Assembly (NCBI GenBank): GCA_951406725.2
Contig: OX597815.1
Span: 51,832,001-51,896,000, forward strand
Length of the DNA: 64,000 bases
From: Octopus vulgaris
Taxonomy: Eukaryota
Direction: 5' to 3'
Below the pieces are notes generated by a model, which saw only the letters and a program-made list of their open reading frames with translations, was not told the origin of the DNA and ran no database searches. The position numbers and the translations under genes were made by a program. Below, in pieces: positions 1 through 14,000 of this stretch; the stretch's first letter is position 1, and every line of letters begins with the position of its first letter.

Positions 1-155
1 CCTTTAAGGTAGCATGACCACACTCCAATGACTGAAACAAGTAAAAGATAATAGATGTCAATATCAACACTTAAAATATAAAGATGTAGTTTAAAATTGT
101 CTTCAGTGAATTAAGAATGTTCCTTTTCATTGTGCAATTATATTTTCCTTTTCAG

Positions 156-253
156 AGTGGGCCGAACAGTTGACAGAAATGAACAAAGGCAAACATTTTA
201 TTGGTGATTTTTTACCTCCAGATGAATTAGAAAAATTTATGGAAACATACAAT
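156..253 (+). CDS. SUGP1: SUGP1 internal coding exon ([33 protein letters not shown])
   Basis: ttttcag acceptor and gtaagt donor; peptide matches the conserved SUGP1/SF4 motif [19 protein letters not shown]. Upstream exons lie outside the window. Confidence 0.95.
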
Positions 254-470
254 GTAAGTAATATATATTTTGGAAATTTATATACTCATTGTCAGAGATG
301 ATTATTCAGTATTCAGTTTGATGATTAATTAACTATAATATTGTAAGCTTGTGTGTGAGGGAGAGAGAAATAAAGGAGAGGATTGGATCTGAAATTTAGC
401 TTATTCCATTAACACTTGTAAACATTTCAGTACCAGCCACATGGATTTACATAGGAGTGTATATATTTTA

Positions 471-858
471 TCTCTTTTACATGTCATTAGACTGCAGCCA
501 TGCAGTGGTACTGCCTTGAATTTTTAGTTGAATGAATCAATCCCAGTACTTATTTTTTTCTAAAGCTGGTACTTCTTTTATGGGTCACTTTGCCAAACTG
601 CTGAGTTATAGGGATGTAAACACACCAACACTGGTTATCAAGCAGTGGTGAAGGACAAACACACACACGTGTGTGTGTGTATATATAATGACAGGCTTCT
701 TTCAGTTTCTGTCTACCAAATCCACTCAAGTCTTTGGCTGGCCCAAGCCTTACAACAGAGGACACTTGCCCAAGGTGGCCACATAGTAGGGCCGAACCTG
801 GAGTTGGAGCCATGTGGTTGGGATGCAAACTACTTTACCACACAGCCACACCTGTGCT
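471..858 (-). mobile_element. tRNA-derived SINE (CORE-like family) in SUGP1 intron
   Basis: Minus-strand head GGTGTGGCTGTGTGGTAA...GGTTCGGCCC, body CCTTGGGCAAGTGTC, internal (CA/TA)n. Related copies at ~34925-35350 (-), 40350-40660 (+), 61275-61410 (+), 62040-62228 (+), 32500-32720 (-). Confidence 0.75.
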
Positions 859-1559
859 TATATATATATATATATATATCTCAAGTAGTAAAACATAGGA
901 CTTGCTATATGGTTGTAGTAGTTACAACTGTTGATATTGGCAGTCAGCCAAAAAAGCTGGTTGAATAAAACTGATTCAAAAATGTAGTTCCTGTTTACCT
1001 TACTCATGAATAAGTATATATATACATATTATGCTGGAAGAGAATAGTGTTTTACTTTGTTGCTGTTTGTTCAGTCAATAGGTTGAAAATAGTCAGCCAA
1101 TATGTATTTGCATGTGTCCCATGTATTCTTGCATAACCCAACATAAAAAAATGTAGTAGCAGCATGTTATAAATAACAAAATGATTGAACTTCTTTTCAA
1201 TTAAGTCTCACTTTGCTTATAAGTTGAGATATTACTAATCGTCATCATTTAATGTCCATTTTTTATGTTAGCATGGGTTGGATAGTTTGACAGGAGCTGG
1301 CAAACCAGGCTTTAATGTCTGTTTTGGCATGGTTTCTATGGCTGGATGCCCTTCCGAATGCCAACCACCTTGCAGAGTAGACTGGGTACTTTCTACATGG
1401 CACCAGTACTGTATTAAAACATCAACACAGCAAAAATATAATTAATGGTAGTCTAAATGTATGAGAAGTGTTAATACCTGATTTCATCCTCTTTAATATG
1501 TCATTATTAAGTTTTTGCTTAACTTTTTAGCACTTAAATTCATTTACTATTGTTTATAG

Positions 1560-1714
1560 GCACTAAAAGAAGGACGAGAGCCTGATCTTTCTGACTACAA
1601 AGAATTTAAGCTGACCTGCGAAAATATTGGTTACCAGATGTTGCAACGTCTAGGTTGGCAAGAAGGAGAAGGCCTAGGATCTGAAAGCCAGGGTATAAAA
1701 ACTCCAGTTAATAA
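1560..1714 (+). CDS. SUGP1: SUGP1 exon with G-patch ([51 protein letters not shown])
   Basis: tttatag acceptor and gtatgt donor; G-patch signature NIGYQML..LGW.EGEGLG...QGI..PV; phases consistent with neighbouring exons. Confidence 0.95.
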
Positions 1715-3233
1715 GTATGTGTTTCCAATCTTAATTCTCCATTAGTTCCATAATTATTTTCACAGATTTTAGTTCAATGTCGATGACATTCATAATATAT
1801 TTTCACTGCAAAAAAAAAAAAGCAAATAGCTTTCTATCAATTGGCTGATAAAAAATACATTTGAGTTACTGACATTCTAGGATACTGAATCTCAAATGTA
1901 GACATTGAATTATTTTCATACTCCATCATTCAGTCTAAACTTTCTGTGTTCTGCTGCCAAATGAGAGCATAGTAAGGCCAAAAGTAATCAAGTTATCTAA
2001 AGCTCTGAAGGAAAAAGCAAATGTGTTAGATGTGGTTTTGGCATCGTTAATAATCTAGAATTTCCTTGAAAGGTTGCTTGAGCTACTGAAATTGTCAGAT
2101 ACTGAATTTCAATATGATGCTTAGCATGTGTTGTTCATAAGAAATGTTTAGTGTGGCAATTTGTTGGTTTTATATGTCATAGTAAATAGATTTTAATTTG
2201 ATGACATGATGGGTGTTGTTATTGGCAGAAAAAGGGACACATTAAATAGGGAACAAAACATTTAATTTAAAGAGTACACAAGAATGGACGGTTGTCATCT
2301 TCATGGTATATTGTGAGAACAGTAATTTAACTGAAGCAGAAGCTTGTGATCCTTTGTTAAACTCCTACATAAGTTTGAAGCTTGTATGTCATTTATTCAG
2401 TTTGTAATGTTTAAACTGAGACTTGATACAGCAGTTATTGTCATGTTGCAAAGTTGATTACTGTTAATGTTTTGGGCGAGGGGTTTAGTTATGTGAATGA
2501 ATACTGCCCCCCCCCCCCCACATGGTCCTTTTCTAACCTTGGATAGATAAAAGGCATGGTATTTGCAAAGCTTGAACTTAGAATTATGGAGAAACTAAAT
2601 ATTGTGTGGCATTGAACCTAGTTGCCAAATTTTTGCCAACTTTCTCTGCTTGTTGAAGCTATAGTAAAGAATTGGCCATGATTGTTTCATCAGTTTAGAA
2701 CTGAAAGTGTAGAAGTGGATAGCTAGCTGTGGCATGAAGTTCCAAATAGATACTAATGAAGAGCAACACATACAAGGGTTTGCTTAAGGTTGTACTTATT
2801 TTTTGGTGTACATTGCTTGAAAATCAGATGGGGGGGGGCTATATGTAGCAAGCACTGATTAGTTAGTTAGTTAATTTGGCTCAAAAGCAAATAGCAAGGC
2901 CATGTAGGGGGACAAAAATTAGTTTATATTGTTAGTGGAGCTACTGAAAAGCATTTAGCAAAGATGTTGACTTTGACAGCAGAGATACTATTCAAAGATT
3001 GAGTAATTCTTTTCTTACTCATTTTCCCATGCTTGCATGGACTTACAATAAATGATATTCCCTTTCCATTACAAAAAAGTCTTTTGTGTCTAAAAGACAA
3101 ATGAATCATTTATAGTTTTTCTTCTGCAAGCAAGAATTGAAATATCTACTTGCAATTTCTTCATAAGATATAAAGTGTAATATGCCTATATTTTAAATGA
3201 TATGAGAAAAGAAATAATTTATTTTGATTGCAG

Positions 3234-3363
3234 AGGTATTCAATCAGTTGATGGTGGTGGATTTGGAGTTGAGCGACCTGCAAATCTTACAAAAGATGAT
3301 GATGAATATGAAGCCTTTAGAAAACGAATGATGCTTGCCTACAGATTTCGACCTAATCCATTG
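3234..3363 (+). CDS. SUGP1: SUGP1 penultimate exon ([43 protein letters not shown])
   Basis: ttgcag acceptor and gtgagt donor; conserved [22 protein letters not shown]; lies within ORF 3202..3435. Confidence 0.95.
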
Positions 3364-3848
3364 GTGAGTTCATATGTATCTTCCTGTCTTTATTCCATTA
3401 CAGCAATACAGGACACTGGGAAAATAGTTGATTAGTATCTTACAACATTTTGTTATGTGCATATATGATAGAAAGTAGTATTCGACAAAATATCCTCTGT
3501 ATGTTGTAATTTGACTATAACCTAACATGGGTAGCTTATTGAGTGAAAAAAATTGTGTGTATGCATATATAATCTCATGCAAAATGGAGACAAGTACCAA
3601 CACTTCCATGTGGTACTCTTGAACAATCGGGGAGATCTCTTCACATGAAACCATTGGTTTACCTTGTTTATCCACCAATGTTGAGCACTCATTATACACT
3701 AATACTGAACAGTGACAATGTATTTAAAGGATTAAATGTTACTGGTCATTTTATATTGTAAAGTTTGTTCTTGTGTATTAAAAAAAAAAATTAAATTTGC
3801 AGATGTTTCTTTTTCCCTAACCTAATCAAGTAGTTTATTATTTTACAG

Positions 3849-3875
3849 AACAATCCACGCCGGCCATATTACTGA
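3849..3875 (+). CDS. SUGP1: SUGP1 last coding exon (NNPRRPYY*)
   Basis: ttttacag acceptor; AAC AAT CCA CGC CGG CCA TAT TAC TGA is the canonical SUGP1 C-terminus. Confidence 0.95.
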   Translation, partial: NNPRRPYY

Positions 3876-4732
3876 CGAAAGTTAAAACAGAAAACTTCAT
3901 TTGAAAAAAAAACTTATATTCATCAGAGAATGTTATTTTCATGTCCAAAATCTAACAACTATTATATTATCAATCTGTTGTTGGCTATCTTGTGAAAATG
4001 CACAATATATCATCATATCTGCTCTATATTCTGATTTCTAAAGCCTAATTTCTTTTTAGTCTTTCTGGCAAAAAAAGTATTCAATAAGAGCTATCTGGTA
4101 TTAAAGCCCCTCCCACTCCATGTTATTGACTGCTGTTTGTAAAATAAGTGCAAGACAAATTTCACTATCTTTCTGAATCTTTCAGTCAATAAGAAACATT
4201 TCAGCTTGTCATAGTCAGCTTAGTGAAAATTGAAGAGATGTTCAACTTTTTTCTCTTGGGTTGTGATGTTCTGCTCTATAATTATAATTTTTATGTATCT
4301 CCAGAATGTCAAGTTAAAAGTACAAAAGCAGCATGGAAAGTTTGCCTGGTGTAGCTTCTATTAATTTAAATTGAACAAGCCACAAATTCATTGTGCATGT
4401 ACTAACTTGAACTGTCACATTCCATTTTGTGTTAGTCAGGGGTTTGTTTTTATCTTTCTTCCTTCTCCAAATGTTGACTAACTCTTGCAAAATTATGTCA
4501 GGTGAAAGAAAGAAGAACCAAATCCCAAGATATTCCCTGTTTACTGTGATCATTAAAGCATTATTGAAGCAATGTTTTTTGTTATTGTTTGATACATAAT
4601 TCTTCAAGACAGTATTTGGTTTTGATTAAGAATTCTCCATACCTGTATGATAGTTATATATATTTACTCCAAACACAGAGTGGAGAGAGAACATTATGGA
4701 ATATCTCTTTACTATGAGACATCTGTACTTAT

Positions 4733-4738
4733 AATAAA
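4733..4738 (+). promoter_or_regulatory. Candidate SUGP1 polyadenylation signal AATAAA
   Basis: AATAAA ~860 nt after the stop, at the end of a repeat-free stretch. Confidence 0.45.
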
Positions 4739-6676
4739 GCTTAAATACATTACCAAAATAGTAAAAATGTATGTAAAGTTATAGGAGCTCATCTATCCAT
4801 TTTATGCTAAGTATCTTAACAGAAATGGATTACTTACTGTGTGAAACTTGGATTAATTTCCAACGTACAATCATTTTATGTACATTTTCTATAGTTCAAC
4901 AAGATCTAATCAATTGGCCAATAGAGAGGACCACATCATGCTCCAGTTATGCCAATATCTCTACAGCTGGATGGCCTTTCTAATGTCAACTATTTCATTT
5001 CACTGGGTAAAAGTACTAGCACAAGTTAGATTACCATATAACTTGCAACACTAAATAGCCACTCATAGCTGAGTGGGAATGGCTTTATGCTAAGTCTTGA
5101 GTGAGTAAAAGGTTGGATACCTGGATTGTATAAGGATAGAGAGTGATAATCTGGAAAGAAATGAAGGTGAACAGAAGAGTGTGAAGGAAGATCAAGGTTA
5201 GAAGTGGAGATTAGAGAGATAGTTAAGGATAGGGGTACAGCTGAAAGAGCATGTGGTAATGGAATGTCAACAGAAGTGATTCAGGGGAGAAGGCATAGTG
5301 AATAACAGGATAATGCAATAGCTAGGTAAGGGATAAGCAATGAAATTAATTAAAAGTTGGAAGGGTGGGTGGAAAGAGAATCTAATGATAGGAGTGGAGA
5401 TGAGGTAGTTCATAGCAGATGAGACTTAAGTAACATGAGGGAGATAGAGCGATGGCTGGCAACATAAGAGATGAATAGTGAAAAATACAAAGGGGAGTCA
5501 AGAAGTGGTTTCAGGAGTAGGAAAGAATAATTGGTAGCATAGAAAGGGAAGTAGTTCTGTCTCATGTTTTTACAGGAGAATTCTGCAGTAAGGATGAGGT
5601 GAGTGGGAGGACAATTGTGCTTACGCATCATGCTTCCACCTTGTTTTGAACCTTTACCCCCCCCCCCACATAAGCCTTCAAAGTAAACAACTGGCAATTC
5701 AACTCAATGGGTCTTTGAGCTGCTAGTATCCTCCTTTTCAAGACTGGTTTGTGTTCTAGCTAGAAGTCTGAAGTCACTTGTTTCATCTTACAGGTTTCAA
5801 CTTCATAATTTGATTTACATATTTCTGTGAGTTCAGTTAATTTGAAAATCAGTAAACACTTGTTTTAGCTTGTCTCATTAAATTTTCATGCTGTGTTCCC
5901 AGTACAGTGGAAAGTCTAAATTTAATTTCTACCATATTCTCATTAACCCTATAGCATTTAAAAATCAGCTACCATATCCAGTGCAGTTGTTCTTTGCTTT
6001 ACATTCAAACCAGACAGATGTAACTTTTCACACCTATCCTATACTGTCATTCTAAAAATAAACAAACCATCATTGTCTCAAAGATAATGCATTATATTTG
6101 ACAATCTGAATGCTAAAGTGTTAATTAAAACACACATAGAAAAAGATAAAATACTAAAAATAGACAACTGATTGTTGCTTTGTCGTCAGTGTTGACTCTT
6201 TGTTAATGGCATCTTCCATAGTAGTTGTTTACTTGTTCTTAAAAAATAAGACATAACAAATTTTGAGAAGAGTATTAGTAAATACCACTGACCCCACTAT
6301 CAACCTTGAAAGACTAGCTGGATTTGAACTTAAAATGTAACCCAAATAAACATAGCATTTTTTCTAGTGTTCGAACAGTTCTGCTAATTCCCTACCCATA
6401 GACTACTTTAACAATATAAACGTAATATTTAACTGGCAGTAAACTAAACCCTAGTAATACATATGATTAAGATTGTGGATGGTAACCCAAAATTTTTAAA
6501 ATTGCCCCCCATGGCCCAAGTCAATGTGCATCATCTTATACATTTCCACCACTTCACTTCACTTTCTTAGCCTTTTTTTTTTTTTTCCTGCTAGTGTTTC
6601 ATCATTTTTGCTACAAGAACCAAATAACACTTTCATAGACAACTGAATTTATGTAGATTAGACCTTCTCATAGCTA

Positions 6677-6843
6677 TTGGGTTGGTGCATAATTATTGCT
6701 GCCCTTTTCAACAAAAATATTAAAATGATTATTCCAGAGCATAATCACCCTCTACTTCAATTACTACTTCCCATTTGCTTGACAGACGGTCATTTAAAGA
6801 TGTTTTATTAAATAAAAGCCGCAATAATTATGCACCAACCCAA
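6677..6843 (-). mobile_element. Mariner-derived MITE
   Basis: Perfect 23-bp TIRs TTGGGTTGGTGCATAATTATTGC, TA duplication both sides; interior keeps the transposase C-terminus (DRLSSKWEVVIEVEGDYALE*). Confidence 0.9.
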
Positions 6844-7639
6844 TATAAACTGTTCATCTACATGCCTACCAGACAAGAAAAGACTTCAACACCAAATGCT
6901 AAATGAAGCCAAGTACTTTTCAGGAAGCTTTTGTCATTAGAAATATGCTGCTTGTATTTCACTTCATCTGAAACCAGCAAACAGGCTACTTGAGATTACA
7001 ACCGACATCATTTGTCATCAACCTGGGCTTATATAAATCCTGAGTTCACAGGAAAAAAAGTTCTGACAGAATTTGCTGAAAAGGTGATCAAAATTGCCAA
7101 TCATGTTAGTCTACCATGATGGTATGGGTTAGTTTGACCTGCCAATTCACAATACTTAGATCACTAATAATACAAACATTCATTAATTGGAAGATTCTAC
7201 AGCTAGATGCACTTCTTGGTCAAACACAGGTCTACTAGGGACAAATTGTACATGCAAGCTCACTAAATAGCTTGGGAAATTAGTCTCCAACTGAGTGAGA
7301 AAACAGAGGAGGAGTCTCTTAATACTTGGTGTTGAGATTGAAGAACAGAAATGGACTTATTCCTGTAAAGGTGGGTGGATGAGAGTAACCTGGAGTTGCA
7401 CATCCAAGATGGTGAAAGATGGCTGAAGCCACATGTAATGCTTGATGAACTAGGCCTGACATGTGGTCACTGGTAAATGCTAAGTTCAGAAAAGGGGGAT
7501 GTCAAAAGAAGGGGTTAAAAAAAAAAGTGATGATTAGCAGTAGAGAAAGAATGGCAGCAGAAAAAAAAGAAACTATGCTAATGAATCTTGGCTTACAATG
7601 TGCAATAAAGTAAGAAAATTCTAATCCAATTTTCACTAG

Positions 7640-8050
7640 TTTCTACATCCACTTCTCCATACCGGCACAAGCTAGATAAATATTGATCATTTACTTTACA
7701 GCCAAATACCTTTCTTGTTGCCCAACCCTTACCTGTTTGTTCACATATCCTCAAAGGTATGAAGCACTTTGTCAGAAGTGACAAAACCACTAATGAACCC
7801 AAATGTAAAAAGCATACATATATAGAAATTCTTCCAGTTTCCTTTGGTTGACCCAGGTCAAGAGACACTTGCCTGAGGTGCAACATAGACTGACAAATGC
7901 CAAAAATTAAGTAGTTGGGAAGCAAACTTAACCACACATCAAATTCTTGAGTTGAATGTTTAAAGAGGTACATTGCCCTCACTCTTACCACAATAACAAT
8001 AATTTGAATCATCAACTCTGCAGACTTCTTTTAGCAGCCAGAACATAAGT
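7640..8050 (-). mobile_element. Highly decayed LINE (RTE-like) endonuclease remnant
   Basis: Frameshifted SVY(V)APQ motif followed by EEFY-like and G.W-like residues; weak. Confidence 0.35.
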
Positions 8051-11000
8051 TTTCAGGAATCTAATGAACTTTTCACAAGGCACAAAAAAAAAAAGAAAAA
8101 ACTGAAAATACATGCATAATTAAGATTAAGGGTTCTTTCTATCTTGTGAGGTTTGTGTTGTGAAAAAATTGAAGGCAACTGACCTATATAACAGAGATTT
8201 TAACATCTCAGCAATTATTCCCAATAGAGCTACCTTGCCTTTACTTCTGCTGGCTCTAATTCATTTACAGAAATCATAGAAGAAATCATTCTCAGTGCAA
8301 CATGCATCTCCATTCTGTCCACAATATCAATCCTTGCTATATATGCAACTCCTGTACTGTCTGATTGCATAGATATAGCCCAAGTGATTTGTGATGCCAA
8401 GAACTAGCAATTGTGTTGAACTCTCCAAATAGTTTTGACAATCTGAAGTGAGCATGCAAGCACACTCTGAAGGTAGGTTCTGTTCTGCAGTAAAAACACT
8501 TTGCTTCAGGAAATTTGGAAAAGATGCTATACCTCTGTCATGTGTGCTTAATCCATTAAGTCCCACTGTCCTAAAAATAGGACACCGAGTATTTCCATTT
8601 CTACTTGAAGTAAAGAAGTTTTAACATTTTCTTCATTTTAACCTATCTTCAATCATATATAAAATGTTTAAATATTCAGAAATTTAAGTACTCTGGGATT
8701 TAATGGGTTCATATGGTTGAATGTTTTGAATACAAAATATGACAGAACCTTACATAACAGTGTAGAAAGAACATTTTACTAAAGTTCATAGCCATGAATT
8801 TGTTAGCTACCAACAATTTCTCTTTGCATTCACCTGAAGAGCACTCTCTAATCCAATATAAAACCTACAAATATTATAACATCAAGTAAATCACTGCTGC
8901 TGGAACCCTCCCTCAACGAAACCTATTACCGATAGCTGCTATGGACCTAGATGGTTATTTTAAGAACCAGAAGAAAATCCACACCTCTACAGGACATCTT
9001 GACTCCAGATTTATTCCTTGATTAGCAATTCAAATTGGAGATTTACAAAACTATACATATTCAATTATGTAAGCTGCAAATTATGATATTAGATTTTTTA
9101 ACAGCAAAACTGAATTTCAGGAGATAAAATAAGCTTGATGTACATCTTTCCAGGGTACTTTTTCCACTCCTCATGTACCTTAACTTTCTACACTTGAAAC
9201 AAAGTTTCACATTTTGTAACACAAGGCACCTTGAAAGAAACTGAAGCATTAAATGAAGAATCAAACAAGCTTAAGACAGATATTTCAATTTCTGAGTGAT
9301 AGCAACACCAATATTGAAGCAAAAATGAATTTATTACAGAAACAAATTTTTTAAAAATATCTTTAGAATAATTTTCCTTTGATGTTTTCCTATTGAAAAT
9401 GTTCCATCCAAACAATTGTAGAAACAAGCCATTATACAGAATTAGAAAAAAAAAAATGTATGGTCTTATACAAGACCTGGATGAATAAGAAAGTTCCCAG
9501 TAGCAGAAAATAAACTGAAACAACTTTCAAGAGTCGTGCACATGCAATTTTATTTACCTGCAAGATGACTTTCAAAAATTCATGTACACATTGGCTAACT
9601 GAATAAAAATTTATATTTTTCAGAAATTAATGAATTCAATTACATCGTTCCAGTTTAGCTATATGGTGCACCTGATATATGCACAATCCAATCCAAGCAT
9701 AATGGCTAACTCAGTCACACTTCATTTCACTGAAATTACCATCAATTTAGAGTAAATTTGAGACAAAAATTCAGATTTATCTAAAAACCTTTAATTGTAT
9801 TCCAAACAATATTCATTTATCAGAAAAAAGTTGTTTCATGAAACCAGTCTAAGTTCCTGGTTATTTAGGAATTAAATTGAAAACACAGAGGATGTATTTT
9901 TAGTTGGAAATATAACAAAATTATAATCAGATAAGAATATGGCAGTGAAGAACAATGATATATCAAAATTCTGCTAGTTTAAAAACTGAATGAACCAGTG
10001 ATTAAGTGATAATTATATTGAAGAAACTAATAATTTATCGACATATATAAGAGCAACTATGAAAAACAGAGTCTTGTTCCTTTTGACGCTCTATCTGGAA
10101 AATTTTTACAATTATAAAACCAGTAAAATTGAAATGTAATGGCATATGTTATTTTCCCTTATCACAAACTGAATGTCAAATTAGTAAATCTTTTAAACAG
10201 ATGTAAACATAATAAAAAAAGAAGTTGAATATTTTATTTAGATGAAATGACTAATGAGGAATCACAGTTGGACTGTTATCACAGATTTCACTTTCGGAAA
10301 GACTATGGTTTTGTAATAATTTTGAGCACAAGGCATCAAAAATTGAGATCAAAGAGAAGAATCTCTAAGAATGAGCTATAAAAACTCAATGTTTAAATGA
10401 GCATGTTTAAAATGGCATTTAAAATATATACGATTTGTAGAAATGTTAGTTATGAATATTTAAATGACAAATTATGAAAAATGGCACAAAATATATGCTT
10501 TGTAAAAAATGAATGAGTTTGTATGGATATAAAATAAATTTGTACAAATTCAGGATAGTTCATATAAAATTTCATTTTTCCACATTTGTAATTAGCGTTC
10601 ACAACCTGGGGGAAAAATACAAAGTAATACATTATACAATGAAGTAACAAAATGTGTGGAATTTCAAAATATCCAATATTATATTAATATGCTAAGTAGC
10701 CATAAGGATCTTAATTTAATATAGCCAAAGTACAGAATTTAACTATTACACTTTAGGAGAATAATAAACTTACCACATGCCTTTTAGAAAGTATAAGAAT
10801 TCTCAAGTCTGTCATCATACTGTAAACAAAGAAAGGCAAATTTATATTTATCATCTAACTGAAATTTTGACAGAATTAATGTTAAACCATTCAGGCAAAA
10901 CAGGTAAATGTGTTTACACTAAGTACAAAAGGTTCTGTATAAAAAAAAAAGAAAAACAGGGAAATTGACATCAGTGAGATTCGAACTAAGAGCAGAGAGG

Positions 11001-14000
11001 CCAGGAACAAATAATGCAAGATATCTCTATCCAACATTAACTGCCAATTTGTTACCTTAACATGAGACTAATATAAACTTTAAGGTATAAGTAGAGCTGG
11101 AATAAATGCCACAAAACATTCTATCCAATGCTCATGCATCTGTCGAGTAGAGTAGGAGACTGATCTTGAGAAGTAATTGAGAAGGTGAAATATTTGTAGA
11201 ATTTGTTCACCATCACATGGACAAGTGGTATCTTGGCATGTAGAGATATTTTTAAGGAGGATCTATTGGACAATATCTTCTGAGCAAATGCATTTAATCA
11301 TTAAGGAATAAGTAATCATGTAAAGTACATAAACTGCTTAGAACAGCAAAACTTATTTATAAAACTACTTGCTGTAGTAGAAATACTCTTACAACTGAAA
11401 TGAACACAAATAACATGGAATAGAACTGTTATATCCTTCCATAATAGATCTAGGTCCAATTACAATAGTAAAGGGGTAATTAAAATCATAATTTTAATAC
11501 TCACCCATCTCAAAACATGTATAAAAGCTGCAACATTAATTTTGCAGTCTCAAGGATCCATTATAAAAATCTATGTTGCTATGATGGAATGCCAGAGTGA
11601 GGTAGATCTTTAGATGTTAGAAAACACTACAGAAAAAAAATATAAGATATCAGTAATGCATTATAGTTTGAAGGATTAATAAATGCAAAGGAAACTATGA
11701 AAACCAGACCAAAAGTATACATATATATATTTATATATATACATAACCAATGGATAAATTTATACAAACTTGATTTTTTAAATGCACAGGTTAAGTTACA
11801 TCAACTGGCGCACTCCATGAAAACAGAAGCACTGAGCATATTTTGGTCTTATTTTTCAAAAGAAAAATCACTCTCCATTGTAATATTTTTACCTTGTTGA
11901 AATATGGAGGATTAAGAAAACTGTTATCCTCTCAAGGAGAGGTAAAAAGGACCATTTGACCAGTTCACTTATTTACAAAAATAAAGTATAAATTAAGTTT
12001 CCTTCCCTATTGAAAAATAGAATGATGCTATTGATATATATATATAAATATATATTAGAATTGAAAAAAAGCATCGAGGGAGAAACATGAAAAACTTACA
12101 GAACATCAGCAAGCCGAGATTGATTTCACAATGCTTGATAAAAAATAAATGCAACAAATTGAGAGTAAACAAAAACCAATATTTCTTTGTTCGGAGAGGT
12201 GCAGTGATATTGGAAGATGTGGGCCTTACAATTAAGGCCAGCCAGCAAAATTTATTGTAGCAAAGCACGATGAAAGAATACAAAACACTTGTCTAATTAT
12301 TATAATGAAATCATAGTCATTGTTGTAAATAGTGATAAGCATAAAAAGGTCAAAGTGAAGAAGCCTCTTTCTGGCAGCACTTCTAATTGAAGGCATAGCA
12401 CACAGACTGACAATATCCACAAAGAAAACAACTACAGCATCACGTCTAATAGCAGTAAGCTAAGTTAATTACAATTAAATACAAAACTAGAAATACAGAA
12501 AAACAATTAGAAAATTTAATATTTGGTTAAAAAATTAAGAATGGTGGGGAAAGTTCATATTCAAGCTGATAAAAAGTGGCTGAACCAGAAGAAGAGAATT
12601 TGCCCATCTAGAATAGTGAAAACAAAGGACAAATTCAGCAGTGGATAATTCATACATGTATATAGTTTAAACAAACAGGACTCCTTAACGGAATACTTAG
12701 CAGGCCAGCAAGTCTACAGAAAAAGTGCTAATCTCTAGGGAACTAACGAAAATATTTCACAACAAAGATGAGCTAGAAAAACAAAAATATTTACTGTCAC
12801 TAAAGTAATTGCAGAATAAATAAAAAGCCACCAATCCCAATTGTAAGTATTACTATATATAAAAAAACAAAGAAAAGAGACAAAAGATAGTTCCTACTTA
12901 CCATCATTTTATTGACTGAAGAAAATACAATGGTCTTGAAAGACGTCAGAGCCTCAACAACCCCTCAGCAAGCTTGCACTGTGAAGTCTTTACAACAAAC
13001 ATTAGGAGTTAACTAACACCTAGATATGAGGTAGATAAATAATAAATCTTCAACTTGGATTCTCCAAGTCAAGAGTTATTCTCTCTGGACAACAGATAAA
13101 AAAAGGAGTTCAGTGAGACCATCCTCCCAGAGAGTCAAGAGATGAAGAAAAGATTTGGAGCATACACATTTCTGTGCAACTGATGCACAGACAGACGAAG
13201 CTGTTGATAAAATCCTTGGGAAATATTCTGCTAGATACCACCAGGGTCAAATAAGCAGCACTAACTACCGGAGCAAGTAAAAAATAATATATAATATATA
13301 CAATAGGATATACATATATAAGATTTAAAATTAATTTTTTTTTCTTTTTATGAAGAAAATTTTGTAAGCTTTCCCATATTACAAAAAACATGCAAATTAA
13401 GTATTGGCAATCAAACAGCTCCATCTCCAGAATGAAATGTGTATAGCAAACAAAAACGATCAGGAACCACTGAGGTACACAAATTTCCAGGTAGACTGAA
13501 CTAATTCCCTTATCCCAGAATTTTCCAATGATTGTTATGTGGTTATGTTAGGAAGATATACAATTAACAAATGAATAATTAAGTGGGCTGCTAAGAAAAA
13601 TGGAAGAGACTAATTGAAGGGGGTAAGAACATTTAGGAGTAAAGTCAAGGAACTATATAACAATGTGAAAGTTTAAAATATAATTAAGGAAATAAGCAAA
13701 ATAAAAAAGGGTGGGGAGAGTGGAAAATAAGTATATCATTCCATTTATTTTAACCCTCATGTGGGTAGGTCTGCAGTGCAAAGAGCCAATTGCTGACAAA
13801 ATTCACCTTAGTAACTGGCCAGCAGTGGTAATCTTATGACTGGAGAGCCTGGAAATTTTCGGCATTCAGTCGTTCAGCATGATCAAATTGTATTGCTGGA
13901 GTAAGCTGCCAACAGCCCTGTTCTTCTTCAAAAAGGTAAAAAGTAAAAAGTCTGAATGAATATCTCAACATTAAATCCACTTGCTCAGTCAAAAGTAAAT